A stretch of DNA of 64,000 nt, taken from the NCBI GenBank assembly GCA_964270895.1, contig OZ185439.1; one strand, written 5' to 3'. Each line of letters starts with the position of its first letter. The stretch's first letter is position 1. The notes under the pieces were generated by a model that was not told where the DNA came from, made no database searches, and saw only the letters and a list, made by a program, of their open reading frames with translations. This DNA comes from Podarcis filfolensis (taxonomy: Eukaryota). A program made the position numbers and the translations under genes. Below, in pieces: positions 62,600 to 64,000 of the stretch.

Positions 62600-64000
62600 T
62601 CAGTAGACTCACTTACCTGGAGGTACAGGAGCACCAACTGGAAAGCAAGATTTCCGAATTAACTCTCAGGGTGCGGATCCTGTGTAAGATAATTCCCCCT
62701 TTGTTTTTTCTCTCTTCCACCGTCCCCCCCCCTCGCGAAGGTTGCCCTTAAATGCTGAGTTAAATGCTGTTGGCAGGCTGACCCTCGAGTGAACCTGAAG
62801 CCTCTGCCCTCTTGACCTTGCCTTTTAAGGTGAATCTTTGTGGTAAACTGAGAAAAAAAACAACAACAGCCAAATGTCAATGACTAACTTTAATTAGCAC
62901 AGCTCCCCTAGACGACCCCCCTTCCAAATGCTACAGATAGAAGTCATGGTGAGATTTCCCTCCTTTAATCAAATGGTTTTGATTAAAAGAAAAAAAAAAA
63001 CAATGGAAAGAAGAAGCGCCGGGACTGTTGGATTTCGTTTTGGAGACCTGTTTCACACCTACCCCACCGCTTCGGTTCACACCCAGTTTGGTGGTCCTAA
63101 ACGCGGGTGTGGATCGTGTGAAGGGGTTCTTCTACCACGCGTTGACTAACCTGCCGGCATGAGTGTGGAGGACAGGGAAAAAGCTAATGTCTCCTACCAT
63201 GATACTGCCTTCATTCAATCTAGCATGGAGAGGGTATAATCTATAGATGTTCCTGGTCCAGTTTTCTTTCGTTCTCCTCTCCTCCTCCGGAAAAGCCTGG
63301 GAAATTAACTCGGGCTTTCAGACACAAAATTCATTCTTCTCGCTTTTCCTTCATTCCCCGAATCTTAGCGCTTCCTATTGCAGAGCACTCACTCCTATGA
63401 CCGTCTGCTGGGAAGTAAGTCCCGTTGTATTGAATGGGGAAGAGCGCACGGAATTGAGGACACAGGTTGCAGTTCTGTACCTTACTTCCTAGGAGACAGC
63501 CCCACTGGGACTTGCTTCTGAGGAGACATGCTCTGCACACCGCTGTAGTTAGTTAGGCTCTCCAGGGCACACTGCAAGCCTCAGATTCACTGGCCCGATT
63601 AAAAAGGAGAAACCTGCGGGTCGGAAACAAGCGAAGGAGCGAAGGGCACTTGAAGCTCGAATGCAGCCGCTGGTACGTTTCAAAAGCAAGACTGAAAGAG
63701 GGATAGATCCAGCTTTCAAGCTGGTGGACTCGTCAGATTGAAATGAAATTTGGAATGAAAACTGAATCTCTGAAGCCTCTGAAGTGCGCGCGTTGAACTC
63801 CGAGAGTCGGGAAAGCCGTTTAAAAACCGGATAGCGCGGAAGCCTAATGCGCTCTTGATTCCGGTTGACTTACCTCGGAGAATAAACACAAACATAGGAG
63901 TGGTCAACATAAGAAGATCATATATATTTCGTTTGGAATATTTTCGTTTTCTTTTTCAAAAATGCCCTCTTAGTGTGTTGGAGCGAAAACATTGATGTAT
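62600..64000. promoter_or_regulatory. CpG-rich region, probably upstream regulatory region of CYP26A1 (gene outside window)
   Basis: Abrupt rise in CpG density plus the DR5 RARE. The order EXOC6-CYP26C1-CYP26A1 is established vertebrate synteny. No CYP26A1 coding sequence is seen in the window. Confidence 0.55.
62779..62795 (-). promoter_or_regulatory. DR5 retinoic acid response element (RARE)
   Basis: TGACCC-tcgag-TGAACC, which is GGTTCA-N5-GGGTCA on the minus strand. Both half-sites fit RGKTCA. It lies in a CpG-rich zone downstream of CYP26C1, where the RA target CYP26A1 follows in vertebrate synteny. Confidence 0.75.

Noticed and set aside
63074-63090. Second DR5 (GGTTCA-caccc-AGTTTG)
   Set aside because: The second half-site has two mismatches at the conserved CA.
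62600-64000. CYP26A1 coding sequence
   Set aside because: No P450 N-terminal anchor or PPGxMGxP motif in any frame; the gene is only inferred to lie beyond the window.

Overview
Vertebrate genomic DNA from a squamate reptile, probably a lacertid lizard, as judged from its Sauria SINE and CORE-SINE content. The + strand carries two protein-coding genes. The first is the 3' end of EXOC6 (exocyst Sec15): four coding exons at 4389-4530, 9144-9217, 36120-36232 and 38106-38235, with a 26.9 kb intron between the second and third. The second is a complete six-exon CYP26C1 (retinoic-acid-degrading P450, 44296-55191, about 610-618 aa). A broad CpG-rich domain (~33.9-48.8 kb) covers the last two EXOC6 exons and the 5' half of CYP26C1. 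A second CpG-rich zone from ~62.6 kb holds a canonical DR5 retinoic acid response element and, by vertebrate synteny, probably leads into CYP26A1 just beyond the window. The rest is intronic or intergenic, with SINEs, CR1/L2 LINE ends, Tigger-like and hAT MITEs, microsatellites and two assembly gaps. I found no convincing new multi-gene system. The best leads concern CYP26C1 regulation: a probable upstream non-coding exon tiled by four back-to-back uORFs, a MITE-derived in-frame cassette exon, a 94-aa J-helix loop, and a DR5+DR2 composite RARE. SINEs with different tRNA heads on a shared CR1 tail are also notable. Comparisons with human proteins are from memory, not from a database search, and repeat boundaries are approximate.
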